Part shown: piece by piece, positions 1 through 10,037 of the stretch | Layout: each line of letters begins with the position of its first letter | How positions within the stretch are numbered: the first letter of the stretch is position 1 | Assembly (NCBI GenBank): GCA_000002445.1 | Contig: CM000208.1 | Coordinates: 1,440,001-1,504,000, forward strand | From: Trypanosoma brucei | Taxonomy: Eukaryota | Reading direction: 5' to 3' | DNA: 64,000 bases | Made by a program: the position numbers and the translations under genes | Notes under the pieces: generated by a model | The model's database searches: none | What the model was told of the DNA's origin: nothing | The model's input: only the letters and a program-made list of their open reading frames with translations

Positions 1-18
1 AACACACACACACACACT
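1..18. repeat. (CA)n microsatellite
   Basis: aacacacacacacacac at the window start. Confidence 0.9.
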
Positions 19-658
19 TCCCTCATTTACCAATTCCTCAATATGCAGAATTTGCAGCACGCAGTCTTTTCTTTTTTTTTTTTACAGCATGTAAGAGGAC
101 ATATAAGATGGCTATGTCCACGGCCACGTGGATGTGTTTTAGTGAGAAAGCAAAAGTAAAGGGACAATGTTAGACCGGTTGATTTGACGAAATGAAGAAA
201 CACTTAAAGTGTTCACGAGGCGATCCCGTTTCCACCTTCCACTGGATTCCCCCACCTTTTCCCCTGTTAAAATGCAACCCCAAAACCGTAGCATATTAAA
301 CTTCTCCAATACAAGTTTCACTTTGGCTCCTCCTAAAGCATCCACTTTCACCACCCTGCCACTTACCTAATCCCATTTGCGAAACGTAACTCATTTCATC
401 ACTTCTTCTTTTTTTTTTCCTTTTCTCCACGCAAACCCAATACCCATTTTTTTAAAAAAGAAAAAAATTATAGAGAATCACCACCAACCCCACGTTGTTA
501 AATGTTAATTTTGCCGATTCTCCTGCAGCGAAACTCTCCAGCGGCAACTGGAAGTTTTTTTTTCTGTTTGTTGCTTCTCAGTCACTGCTGGGAGATCTTG
601 TTTGGTAAGTTCAGATTAGAAACGACATAATACTCCACATTTGTATTTGCAAAAGGAA

Positions 659-1960
659 TTATTTCTTTGTTTCATCAAGAATGTCGTTGCGCAAACGTTG
701 TGCAAGATCCAATGTCATCTGCCTCTCCACTCTGCCAACAGAGCTATCAGCAGGGTTGGTTGTCTTTGTGTTCATGTAGTTTCTTAACTCTTCCTCACGG
801 GTTTCTCTGTTTTTCTGCAGAATCAATTCCCTCTGCTTCCGCATATGCTCTGCACGACGTGCCAATTCCTCGTCCTCGACTTTTGAAGAAGCAGCACCAG
901 CACCGGCAGCACCCCCACCTGCAGATGATGCTCCTGCAATCCCTTTCGCCATCGTGGCCTCAAGTTGCTTGAAGGACGGTTGGTGCGTAGGCAACTTCGA
1001 GAAGCCAAACTTTTTTCCAGAATCTGCACCGTGATCGGTATGAAGGCTTGGCATGATTGGGCGACCCCGGGAAAGTGGCCCTGGGGGAACGGCAGGAGGT
1101 GCTGTGGGGGCCTTCGCAGCAGTGGCGGCAGGTTTGCTCTCGGCGGGCGCCTTCGCTGGTGCTGGTGCCGGTGCCTCCTTCTTTGGAGCAACTGGAGTGG
1201 GTTCCACAACCATGGTTGCCGTAAGACGCTGCAGCATCGCCTGCTGGCGCACCTCGAGTGCGCGCTCCTCCAACTTAACAATAGTTTTTTCCTTTTCCTC
1301 CTCCGCAGCTGTTAATTTTTTCAACTTGGTTTCTTCAGCCGCAGCTTTTCCAACCACTTTGGCCTCCTCCACGGCCTCCTGGCTGATTTTCTCGAACGTA
1401 TTGCGGGCCCGCTCGTGCTCAGCAGCAATAGATAGGGCGAGTGCCTCCTGTAGCTGCAGATCCTCCAACTCCATTAGACGGCGGGTCTTCTCCTCATCGT
1501 TAAGAGAAGCCTCGATAGCGAGCCTCATCGCCTCCTCCTCATCATTTGCAGTTTTTGCACCACTGTTCTCACGTTTTTGACTGATTTCACACTGAGCAAG
1601 GATGTCGAGCTCGATGTTGCGTCGCACCATCATCTTGTGGAAGGTGGGGAAATCCTCGATATAGAAGATTTCCTGCATGAACTTCTTGCCAAGCCTGTTC
1701 GTCTGGCTCGCGGTGTCCATGGAGTTCACCACAGCATTCAGCGCGTCCTCTAGCGTTATGCCTAGCTCCTTCACGTATTTAGAAAGAATGTCATCGGTAA
1801 TTTTTCGAAATTGCATGTGTACCTCTGTCTGCTCGACCTTCATCTCTTCATCGTCCGTGAAGAGGGCACACCTCTCGTCAATGAAGTTGTCAACGGGGGT
1901 ACGCCACATTGGCGAATGCGTGAACTGTAAAATGGATTCTAAGATGCCTCTCTCGTCCAT
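659..1960 (-). CDS. BART-domain (ARL2/ARL3-binding, CFAP36/CCDC104-like) protein with central coiled-coil and Ala/Pro-rich linker
   Basis: 433-aa ORF. The N-terminus (MDERGILESILQFTHSPMWRTPVDNFIDERCALFTDDEE...EVHMQFRKITDDILSKYVKELGI) matches the BART/ARL2BP-like fold of CFAP36 (conserved W-x-x-P-x-x-F-x-D-x-x-C-x-x-F). A long E/K/A-rich heptad region and a PAPAPAKAP linker follow. A purine-rich (mRNA-sense polypyrimidine) tract lies upstream at about 2300-2320. Confidence 0.6.
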   Translation of the reverse strand: MDERGILESILQFTHSPMWRTPVDNFIDERCALFTDDEEMKVEQTEVHMQFRKITDDILSKYVKELGITLEDALNAVVNSMDTASQTNRLGKKFMQEIFYIEDFPTFHKMMVRRNIELDILAQCEISQKRENSGAKTANDEEEAMRLAIEASLNDEEKTRRLMELEDLQLQEALALSIAAEHERARNTFEKISQEAVEEAKVVGKAAAEETKLKKLTAAEEEKEKTIVKLEERALEVRQQAMLQRLTATMVVEPTPVAPKKEAPAPAPAKAPAESKPAATAAKAPTAPPAVPPGPLSRGRPIMPSLHTDHGADSGKKFGFSKLPTHQPSFKQLEATMAKGIAGASSAGGGAAGAGAASSKVEDEELARRAEHMRKQRELILQKNRETREEELRNYMNTKTTNPADSSVGRVERQMTLDLAQRLRNDILDETKK

Positions 1961-2387
1961 TGCAGCAAACTTACCCCTTTAATGTGTGTATTTCTCTTTT
2001 TTTTTTTTGGAGCTTCGTATGTACGTATATTCACGTCAAAACGCTACTCAATATTTCTCTTTGTTTAATTTTGCTTCCTCAAAATTCCTTTATATCTTCT
2101 GAGATCGCTTCAATTTCGCCAGTAGATACGTGTACAAGCTTGGTTCGAGCTTTTCACCACATATCGCCGTGGGGTTATAAAGAAAAATATATCGAAAGGT
2201 CGCGGAAGAATAGGGGAAAAGTATACGACGGTTGAGAGGGAGGAAATTAATTCCGCGCTTTACCAGGGTCAAACAGAACAAGTGCGTTCACCACCTCCAT
2301 TACCAGAAAGAAAAAAAAACGACCCACACGACTGACAACACGGTTAGAACTTCGGACGCTGGACTTAATAGATAGATTTAATGAAAT

Positions 2388-5300
2388 CTATTTGTCGCAT
2401 TTGGCAATGCCACAATCAACACAAACATCGGCTTCGTCAAGATTCTTTGCTTCACAGTTACTGCAAATCCAAGAAGGGATGCTTTCGCACCACTCACCGT
2501 TGATGACATCCACAGTCTCGTCAAGTTCTTCACAACCCAAATCCCCTGCACACCATTCCTCGGCATCACTCACTAGACAGCTTTCTGGCGCAGATGTTTC
2601 AGTGCCGCTGCCCTCCTCGCTGCATTGCAACAAGCACTCCACGGTATCTCCTTCCTCTTGAGAAGTGCCAAGTGTTTTAGGTCCATAACAACAAACACTC
2701 GAATCAATTGGCTGAAAAGAAACCCCACAGACATCTTTTGTGATCATGTTGGCAACTACACTACCCCTGTGATCGGTGGCGGTAAACGGGGAGAGCGTTC
2801 CTGGGATGATTGAGTCGTCTCTGGGGCCAACACCGGCAGGTGTTGGCGAGATGCAGCCGTTTTCCCTTGTTCCTTCGGCTACAGAAAGGGAATCGACAGC
2901 GCCCCTCACCAGGGGGTGGAGTCCTGAGCTGGAGACGAGCGAGCCAACATCATTGATAACCTCGGACATAACCGCCCCACAGTGTTCACAGCGCTCTTTC
3001 TCATCCAAAAAAGTTAGCCGGAAGCACGCGCGACAGCTGGTATGCGTGCGCATATTTCCCAACCTACGCGCATTGCCGCATTCCAAGCAAGCTGGTACCG
3101 AATAGGCATTTGCCACACCGCAACTGCGGCACTGCCATCTGCTAGGTATCTCCAAACTCCGCTCCGTTCGGTCCGAGTTGCACCGCGGGCATTGCTTACG
3201 TTCCTTCAACGCACCACCTGAAGCCACAGCCGTACTGCACACATCACACACCCACGTAATCTCGTCCATATTGAACCGCCGTGGTTCCCCACATCCGGTG
3301 CAGCGGCGAGAATTTTTTCCATTCTGACCGTAGCCACACTTCTCACAGTGCCAATCATCCGACACCAAACGTGCCCGGCAGCGAAAACAGCTCTTTCGAA
3401 GGAAGTTGTTTGGCACTGAGCAATGTGGGCAAACAACAACCTCAAGTTTTTTCTTGACGGAACCGCAGGACGAACAGCGACTGTCACCAGACTGCTGGCA
3501 TTTCGACCCGCACTGTCCACAAACCCAATGCCGCGGATGGGCGCTCCCACAGTAATCACACTGAAATACATCAGCTTCGTTCCGCCTGCGGCACATATAG
3601 CAACGCCATGGTTTTACCGCTTGCGGAGCTGCGCCACAACCCAAACAGCGAGCGCGTTCATCCCTATTGGTGCTGCAGCAAGCACTGCACCGCCAGTAGC
3701 CAAAAGGAGCCTCGCGGGTTACGCCACAGCAAGACGTCACCGTCGCGCCCAGCAGATTTCTGCAGTAGGGACAACGCCACTCGCCCGTTTCGGTAGTGTT
3801 GACGCTGCAAGGGATAAATGTGTCAGAGAACTTTGTTTCCGTTACTTCAGCACCATCCCCACCCAAATGTTTTCCTCCGCCCACAGTAGCTTGGTCAGTT
3901 TTGCACTGCCCCTCATTCGGCAGCACAGTCCCGGTTTCGGTCAAACAAGACGCTGTGCCTTTTGTCTCACTTGTCAATGAATCCGCAGCAATGGATTTTG
4001 GCGGCCCTCTAGAGTCCACAACAACCCTCGGTTTCAGACATATATCACAAAAACCAACGTTGCGTCGTTGAAGAACGTTGCATTCCGTACACCACCAGGT
4101 GCCGCGCTCCGCAGCCTTAACTCTAGCAGCAGTTGCAGCACAGTCTTCCATGACAGCGGAATCCCTGGTATTTTTCTCATCTCCAAGGGAAAGCTGGACT
4201 TGCTCCCGGTGGTTATTGTGCTGCTCACTCTCCGCTTTGGTCCCGTCATGTGCTTCTCCGGTGCATTCAACTGACGGTCCCACCTTTCCTTCACCAGCAT
4301 CCTCGGCCACGTCGTTGGTTGTTGGCGGTGTTCCGCCTCGATTATTGGATTGAGCGCAATTTTCATCCTCCACTGCGGAGTTTGCGGCACTTTTATCTTC
4401 TGGAGCGAGACCACTCTCAACCTTTAACTGCAACTTCCGAACACTGTTCATCATCCCCAATGGTGTCATGCACATGAAGCACATTTCCCACTGCACGTCG
4501 TTCCGTTGGCGGCAGCTCGGACAGAGAACCGTAGAGTCGGACACGAGCCTCCGGCGGACGGAATGACAGTTTCGACACTCTGTGAAGAATATTGAGTTCT
4601 TGTCGTGTCCGCAACTGGAACAAGACCAACGAAAAGGGCGGTCGGCGTAACACGTGGCGCACTGCACGGACCCGCGAGAGTTGATATGGCAACATGAAGG
4701 ACAATACCACTCTCTGATCCCCGGGAAAGGGTCACCACAGCTCTCACAAGAAAATTTGCTTCGGTTCGTTGCATCGGCGGGGCACGGGTTGTTATTATGC
4801 CCGCAGGAGTGGCACGTCCATATGGCCGGAAAGAGTGGTAGGTGCCGTGCTGGTGCTGTATTGTGCTTACAAGATTCTAAACTGCTCTGTTTACAGGATC
4901 TGCATGTCCTGCGCCCGATAAAGTTGTAGGTGCGGCAACCACAACACATCCATTCTAGTGCCGCCTCACCCACGAGTCTTGCGCCGTCCTTTAACCGCTT
5001 CGTGTGAATTGCCTGACGTATGTGCGAATACTTTGCGAGGTGATTGTTTGCGCGCCTTGTGGGAGTGATAGGCGAACTGCTAGGCAATGACTCCGCAGAT
5101 TCCCCTTCTACAAACATGGCGTCAGCTAATGTGTTATCCTCCGCGGCAGTTACTTCAACACCGCCTTCCAGATGCGCACGCACCAGTTCCTGAGACTCAA
5201 TTACGCCGGTGCTAACCCATGCCGTAACAGTTGATTGTGTTGGTGGCGCACTCACATCTTGCACCAAGAGGCGTGCCAACTGCTCCTCATCTTCCAAATC

Positions 5301-5420
5301 CTCGTCCCGTAAAGTGTGCAGAAACTTCCTTCCCGCCATGTGTCGCGACGACCCTCGCAAGGCCGTCTTCAAGAGCCCTAGGATTGGTGGGCGCCACATG
5401 TGTACCACCCTCGCAATCAC
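2388..5420 (-). CDS. Multi-RanBP2-type (ZnF_RBZ) zinc-finger protein, about 15 fingers
   Basis: 1010-aa ORF with many repeats of W-x-C-x2-C-x3-N-x6-C-x2-C, e.g. WMCCGCRTYNFIGRRTCRSC, WYCPSCCHINSRGSVQCATC, WSCSSCGHDKNSIFFTECRNC, WRCYMCRRRNEADVFQCDYC, WICSNCEAKNLDEADVCVDC. An acidic/low-complexity region sits near the C-terminus. Confidence 0.7.
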   Translation of the reverse strand: MIARVVHMWRPPILGLLKTALRGSSRHMAGRKFLHTLRDEDLEDEEQLARLLVQDVSAPPTQSTVTAWVSTGVIESQELVRAHLEGGVEVTAAEDNTLADAMFVEGESAESLPSSSPITPTRRANNHLAKYSHIRQAIHTKRLKDGARLVGEAALEWMCCGCRTYNFIGRRTCRSCKQSSLESCKHNTAPARHLPLFPAIWTCHSCGHNNNPCPADATNRSKFSCESCGDPFPGIREWYCPSCCHINSRGSVQCATCYADRPFRWSCSSCGHDKNSIFFTECRNCHSVRRRLVSDSTVLCPSCRQRNDVQWEMCFMCMTPLGMMNSVRKLQLKVESGLAPEDKSAANSAVEDENCAQSNNRGGTPPTTNDVAEDAGEGKVGPSVECTGEAHDGTKAESEQHNNHREQVQLSLGDEKNTRDSAVMEDCAATAARVKAAERGTWWCTECNVLQRRNVGFCDICLKPRVVVDSRGPPKSIAADSLTSETKGTASCLTETGTVLPNEGQCKTDQATVGGGKHLGGDGAEVTETKFSDTFIPCSVNTTETGEWRCPYCRNLLGATVTSCCGVTREAPFGYWRCSACCSTNRDERARCLGCGAAPQAVKPWRCYMCRRRNEADVFQCDYCGSAHPRHWVCGQCGSKCQQSGDSRCSSCGSVKKKLEVVVCPHCSVPNNFLRKSCFRCRARLVSDDWHCEKCGYGQNGKNSRRCTGCGEPRRFNMDEITWVCDVCSTAVASGGALKERKQCPRCNSDRTERSLEIPSRWQCRSCGVANAYSVPACLECGNARRLGNMRTHTSCRACFRLTFLDEKERCEHCGAVMSEVINDVGSLVSSSGLHPLVRGAVDSLSVAEGTRENGCISPTPAGVGPRDDSIIPGTLSPFTATDHRGSVVANMITKDVCGVSFQPIDSSVCCYGPKTLGTSQEEGDTVECLLQCSEEGSGTETSAPESCLVSDAEEWCAGDLGCEELDETVDVINGEWCESIPSWICSNCEAKNLDEADVCVDCGIAKCDK

Positions 5421-5887
5421 CTAATAAGCGTAGTAAAGGGCAATAACAAAATCAACACGGGAAAGGGGCGGAGAAGTGAGACGGTCCCCAAGAAGAGTAA
5501 CGGTGAGAGCACAAAATGAAAGTCTAAAGATACAGGAACACTGAGATGAGAGGTAAATAGTCATCGTTAGAAAATTTCGACATTATGTGTGAACTAAAAT
5601 TCCCCGCTAAGCCGTGGCGATCCGTAACGATGTCACTTTGATAAGATCCAATTCGAAAACGAAAGGAAGAAGAAATCACTACCCCATCAGTGATGTAACA
5701 CGAACATGCACCTTTTTACCACGGAAGCTACGAAAAGAAAAAAAATTAAGTAGGTCGCTTTCCGGCAGTAGGTAAAAGACCAATATGAAATAGCGACGGT
5801 GCGAGAATCTGTGACAACGTCTATCCAGCGTGATAGTTATTTGCCGCTGTTATAGCAAGCAAAGTTAAATAAACGAATAGGAATGTC

Positions 5888-7531
5888 TCAAATTTTGACG
5901 GGCTTCCGCACAAAAGCACGCCGCGGGGCAACCGCTACCGTCTTCGTTGCTCCACATTTGTGGCACTCCTGTCTGTTCTTAAAGTTCTTGGAAAAGCACT
6001 TGCCGCAAGTCCAATCATCCGTCTTTTTGTTCCACACGTTTACTTGACCTTCCGCTACGTTGTCGTCGGACGTCTGTTGGAAACCTTCCTTCTCAAAGTG
6101 GGGCGCAGAGTCGTCTTCTGACCACGTGGTAGCACCCGACTCTGAAGACGCCCGACCGCATTGCCAACAACTTGCACGAGTGCGGAAGTTGCTCGCCTGA
6201 CAGTGGCGGCAGAACCAGTTATTGTGGCTCACACTTAGGCCGGCGCCCCCGTCAAAACCTCCATCGCCCCCACTTGCACCACCGTTGTAAGAAGCGTCTG
6301 CTGTACTTCGTGCAGCTCCGCATTGGTAACATGAAGTTCTGGACGCAAAATTAAGACCTTGACACTCCTCACAGTTCCAATCCTGTTTAAACGGCATCCG
6401 GCGGCGATTAGCCGAAAATCCAGCACGTCCGGCATTCTGCGATGGTGGTTGCACGTCTCGAGCCTCCTTCGGTTCTGTCGGGGGCCTTGCTTTGTTACAA
6501 GCTCTACAACTTCGCTCATAAATACATGTAGCTGTTCTGCAGTCGGAGCATACCCAAGATATAGAAATGGTAACACGGCAATTAAAGCACCTAGCGCGAG
6601 TCATGTGATTCACTGCACCGCAGTGGCAGCACTCCCATTCTGTTGGCTCTATGTGTTTGCCGCACCCCGTGCAACATTCCTCATCCCCAGAATTGATGAC
6701 GGCGCAACTGGGTTCTCGACACATCCAATCGAATCCAGGAGGCCCTGAAGGAGCTCCCGGTGAGGAAGCGGGGCGCGGTTTCCTCAATATGCGCGAATGC
6801 TTAGTTCCCTGAGGCGTAGGCGCGAAAGGTTTCACCTCGGGAATGTCAAACATTGTGCGTGGTGCCGGTGGAACTCCCTGTTTCAATGCTGCCGGTAACT
6901 CCGAAGCACCGGCCATCTCATCACCGAACTGTTCATCGGCATCCTTCGCGGAAAGGGCATCGAACCGCTCCTGAGTCTCTCGAAGGCGCTCGGATCGCTC
7001 CTGCTGTATTCTCAATGCCTCAGCTTCAGTCATTGTCATGGGGGCCATATCATAACCGCAGAAACCACAACAACTATTATCATCCAAGTCGTCGATGCGA
7101 TTGTTCTTCTCACAGGCCGCGCACATCCAAAACTCGCTGCTTTTTTCCGCTGGTGCAGCGCACTTGTGACATTTCTTTACCCCCTTGTGGTTTCGGGTGC
7201 TGCACTCAACGCATAACCAGCCCTTAAGGTTCGGCTTCACCTCCCCACACGATTCGCAGTGGGTTGCACCGGGTGCATTCACGTGTCGGCACTCTTCCTT
7301 CACACACATCCACGTCCGGTTTGTCCTAACTGCCCATGATTGTAGAAGCGCGGCGGTTGGCATGCAGAAAGCTGCAACCTGCGTCGCGTAGGCTGGACAG
7401 TATGCAGTTCGCCCAGCGCATGGGGCGCAAAAACAAACGGCACCGCCGCAGCTGGAATTAGATCGTCCCACATTTAACAGAGGCGCTAGTGGTGCACGTA
7501 TGTAGCGCTTCATGGAATGTAAATACATCAC
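5888..7531 (-). CDS. Multi-RanBP2-type zinc-finger protein (9 fingers, ZRANB2-like NF-x2-R-x2-C RNA-binding signature)
   Basis: 547-aa ORF. Fingers include WNCEECQGLNFASRTSCYQCG, WFCRHCQASNFRTRASCWQCG, WTCGKCFSKNFKNRQECHKCG, WLCVECSTRNHKGVKKCHKC and WECCHCGAVNHMTRARCFNC. The NF..R..C core matches the ssRNA-binding class of RanBP2 fingers (ZRANB2/FUS/EWS-like) rather than the TF-containing ubiquitin-binding NZF class. Confidence 0.7.
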   Translation of the reverse strand: MMYLHSMKRYIRAPLAPLLNVGRSNSSCGGAVCFCAPCAGRTAYCPAYATQVAAFCMPTAALLQSWAVRTNRTWMCVKEECRHVNAPGATHCESCGEVKPNLKGWLCVECSTRNHKGVKKCHKCAAPAEKSSEFWMCAACEKNNRIDDLDDNSCCGFCGYDMAPMTMTEAEALRIQQERSERLRETQERFDALSAKDADEQFGDEMAGASELPAALKQGVPPAPRTMFDIPEVKPFAPTPQGTKHSRILRKPRPASSPGAPSGPPGFDWMCREPSCAVINSGDEECCTGCGKHIEPTEWECCHCGAVNHMTRARCFNCRVTISISWVCSDCRTATCIYERSCRACNKARPPTEPKEARDVQPPSQNAGRAGFSANRRRMPFKQDWNCEECQGLNFASRTSCYQCGAARSTADASYNGGASGGDGGFDGGAGLSVSHNNWFCRHCQASNFRTRASCWQCGRASSESGATTWSEDDSAPHFEKEGFQQTSDDNVAEGQVNVWNKKTDDWTCGKCFSKNFKNRQECHKCGATKTVAVAPRRAFVRKPVKI

Positions 7532-8126
7532 CCCTTCCTTAAATGTTTTTTTTTGGAGGTGATTCAGTCTTCAAAATCCTCCCACTCAACGGGTGCCAAC
7601 CCTACTGATTTCCCTTATGTTTAGATAACAGTTTCACGTTAGAGCGGGTAGTTTCTCCCCTAACATTCTGAGTCCCAAATGTTTTGCGTTTGCGGAAGGA
7701 AGTTAGTAATGAAGAGTGATGAAGGGGAAAACCCAAGGAAAACGAGAGTTTAATAGCACGCGGGGTACACAGAAAACAGCTGCAAGTTATAAACACCTCA
7801 GTCACTGCATCGAAACCCGAACAATGATTGGGTCGCTTTCGCTGTTGCTGGTCGTTTCTTCTTTTTTTTCCCCTGCTTAAATGACGGAAAATACGCCTTA
7901 CTAGTCATGTTACGTTCTTCTTTTATGGCGTTGGCATCTCCATAACTTTTGCATTTTTTAATCTCTTTTTTCTGGTCTTGTTTTCTTAATTTACCGCTGG
8001 CGAATGGGAAAGTAGGGGCCGTAAAAGGCTATAGTAATCATCGTACTCCCGTTTCCTCTTAGGCTCAGAAATTCTCCCCTTCATAATCTCACATTTCCCT
8101 TCCTTTCCTCTCATATTTCTTTTTTT

Positions 8127-8168
8127 ATAAATATATAAATATATATATATATATAATTATTATTATTG
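8127..8168. repeat. (AT)n / (ATT)n AT-rich microsatellite
   Basis: ataaatatataaatatatatatatatataattattattattg. Confidence 0.85.
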
Positions 8169-8440
8169 TTGATTTACGGTTGAGGAGGCTGCGGCAAAAG
8201 GTCGTTGAGATGATGAAGGTGTTTGGCAATAGCGACGATCTGAGTTGGGGGGGGGGGGGGAATCGGGGTACTGCACAACCTCCTCCACTCGTAACGTTTG
8301 CTATCAATCAGTACACCGCTTGCCATAACTCGCCACATTCCAAACGACCCCGTCCAAATGTCTGACAAGAACAAAGGGTGAAAAATACTTCTGTCCCTCC
8401 CCAACACCGTGCTCATGGAATAGCCTCGAGAGGATTTGAC

Positions 8441-9046
8441 TTAGATCTTGTTCCAAGCAACAATATCCATCGACTGAACATCATCCCCGAAAGACATGAT
8501 CATCTCTTCCAGGTCATCTCCAGATACCTTATCGTCCTCGATGACAACCAACTGTTGCAGTTTCTTAACTCCGAACGCAATGGGCACCAGTTTGTGGTCA
8601 CCCCACAGTAGACCATCTCTCTTAATTGCGTGGAGTTTCTGTGCGAGTCCATCTAAGTCCACTGTGTCATCCCACGGCTTGATGTCAAACAGGATTGATG
8701 ACTTTGCAATGATCACCTTCTTGGAGCTCTTTGCTGCAGCATCCTTCTTCTTCTTAGCCTCCAGGGCCGCAAGTTCCTCTTCAGTGGCCTCACCAAAAAG
8801 ATCGATATCATCATCATCACCGGCAGCAGCTTTGGTCGTCGCGGACGTCTTTGATGCGGTTGCTCCTTTCGTCAGCTGGACGCGTTCCGCCTGATAATAA
8901 GCCGCCATGCGAGCAGCCCATTGAATCACAGCGGTATTAGAACCAAACATCTCACTGAAGATACGAGCGTCTTCTTTACTCGGTGTGAACCCCGAGACGT
9001 ATGGTTGTGCGCTCAGGCGACCGTTGATTTCCTTTAGCGATGACAT
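8441..9046 (-). CDS. EF1B: Translation elongation factor 1-beta (eEF1B-alpha guanine-nucleotide exchange subunit)
   Basis: 201-aa ORF. It has the characteristic acidic [15 protein letters not shown] linker and the C-terminal EF1B GEF domain ([17 protein letters not shown]...[12 protein letters not shown]). A T15 polypyrimidine run followed by AG (+ strand 9133-9150) lies about 90 nt upstream of the ATG. Confidence 0.9.
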   Translation of the reverse strand: MSSLKEINGRLSAQPYVSGFTPSKEDARIFSEMFGSNTAVIQWAARMAAYYQAERVQLTKGATASKTSATTKAAAGDDDDIDLFGEATEEELAALEAKKKKDAAAKSSKKVIIAKSSILFDIKPWDDTVDLDGLAQKLHAIKRDGLLWGDHKLVPIAFGVKKLQQLVVIEDDKVSGDDLEEMIMSFGDDVQSMDIVAWNKI

Positions 9047-9130
9047 CGTCTTCGTACCTGTTTGTATCTCGTAGTAAGTCTTCGATAGTTATACTTCCTT
9101 TATAAAAGGATAATAATCGTCAAGAGAAAG

Positions 9131-9150
9131 TACTCAAAAAAAAAAAAAAA
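9131..9150 (-). promoter_or_regulatory. Putative polypyrimidine tract plus AG spliced-leader acceptor for the EF1-beta mRNA
   Basis: A15 on the + strand (9136-9150), which is U15 in mRNA sense. The first downstream AG (+ positions 9134-9133 read on minus) lies about 87 nt 5' of the ATG at 9046. This is the typical kinetoplastid trans-splicing signal architecture. Confidence 0.4.
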
Positions 9151-10037
9151 GACAATTCGTTGACCACGCTAGGCATGCAAATATGGAGGCAGTTCACAAA
9201 ACAAAAATTTGTATTAAACTCAAACTACTGAATGAAAAGTTAGAAAAGTTTTCAATGTCCCTCAATCGACAGTGCTGCAGTCACATAAGTCCTCCAGTTT
9301 TGCGAGACAATGCAGTAAACTAAATAGTCGATCCACCGATAAACGTCCACACCCCGTAGTTCCATTTACTTAAAGTCACGAACCACCTCGGAGAAGCCAT
9401 AATGGAGAAATTTGTCTGCTGATCCCATACGTAACTCAGTCAGGGGAATACACGCACAACCATCCTTCTTTACAATTTTGTTCAGTTGCTGTCGGACGGT
9501 TTTCAATCTTATCAGTGGATAATCGTAATATGCCAACGGTGAGGGTTAAAAAAAAAAAAGAAAAGGGGGAGAGGGCTGGGTTGCGCACATTGGGCAACTA
9601 AAGGTCATCATAATCAATGAATAGCAACCCCTCACACCCATGTATTTTCACCCCTCACCGCGGAAACAAATGAAGTTGATGCAGATGGGTTTTAGCAAAG
9701 GAAGGAGATCCAAGCTTACACACGGAAAAAAGGAAAAAAGAAACAGACAAGCACGCACGAAAAAAAAAAAAGAGAAAATGAATGAAAAGGCAAGAAAGTA
9801 ATGTAAAGAAGGGAGCATATATGGACCCCCGCACTACGCGAGATGTCTCGGCTACGTATTCTCAACCTGCTAATCTAACCTCGACAAAACTACAAACGAA
9901 CAAGGCAAACACACCAACACGAGCAGCCAATAACAATTTAACCGAAATAACAATAGCAACCAAGGCACCCCAACAGCTAGACTCACACCACACACAAAAA
10001 TCAATTAACATATACACACACTAACACGAACTACATG

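Noticed and set aside
139-354. A 71-aa minus-strand ORF downstream of the BART-domain gene.
   Set aside because: It is short, has no motif, and lies in the predicted 3' UTR region. It is most likely noise.
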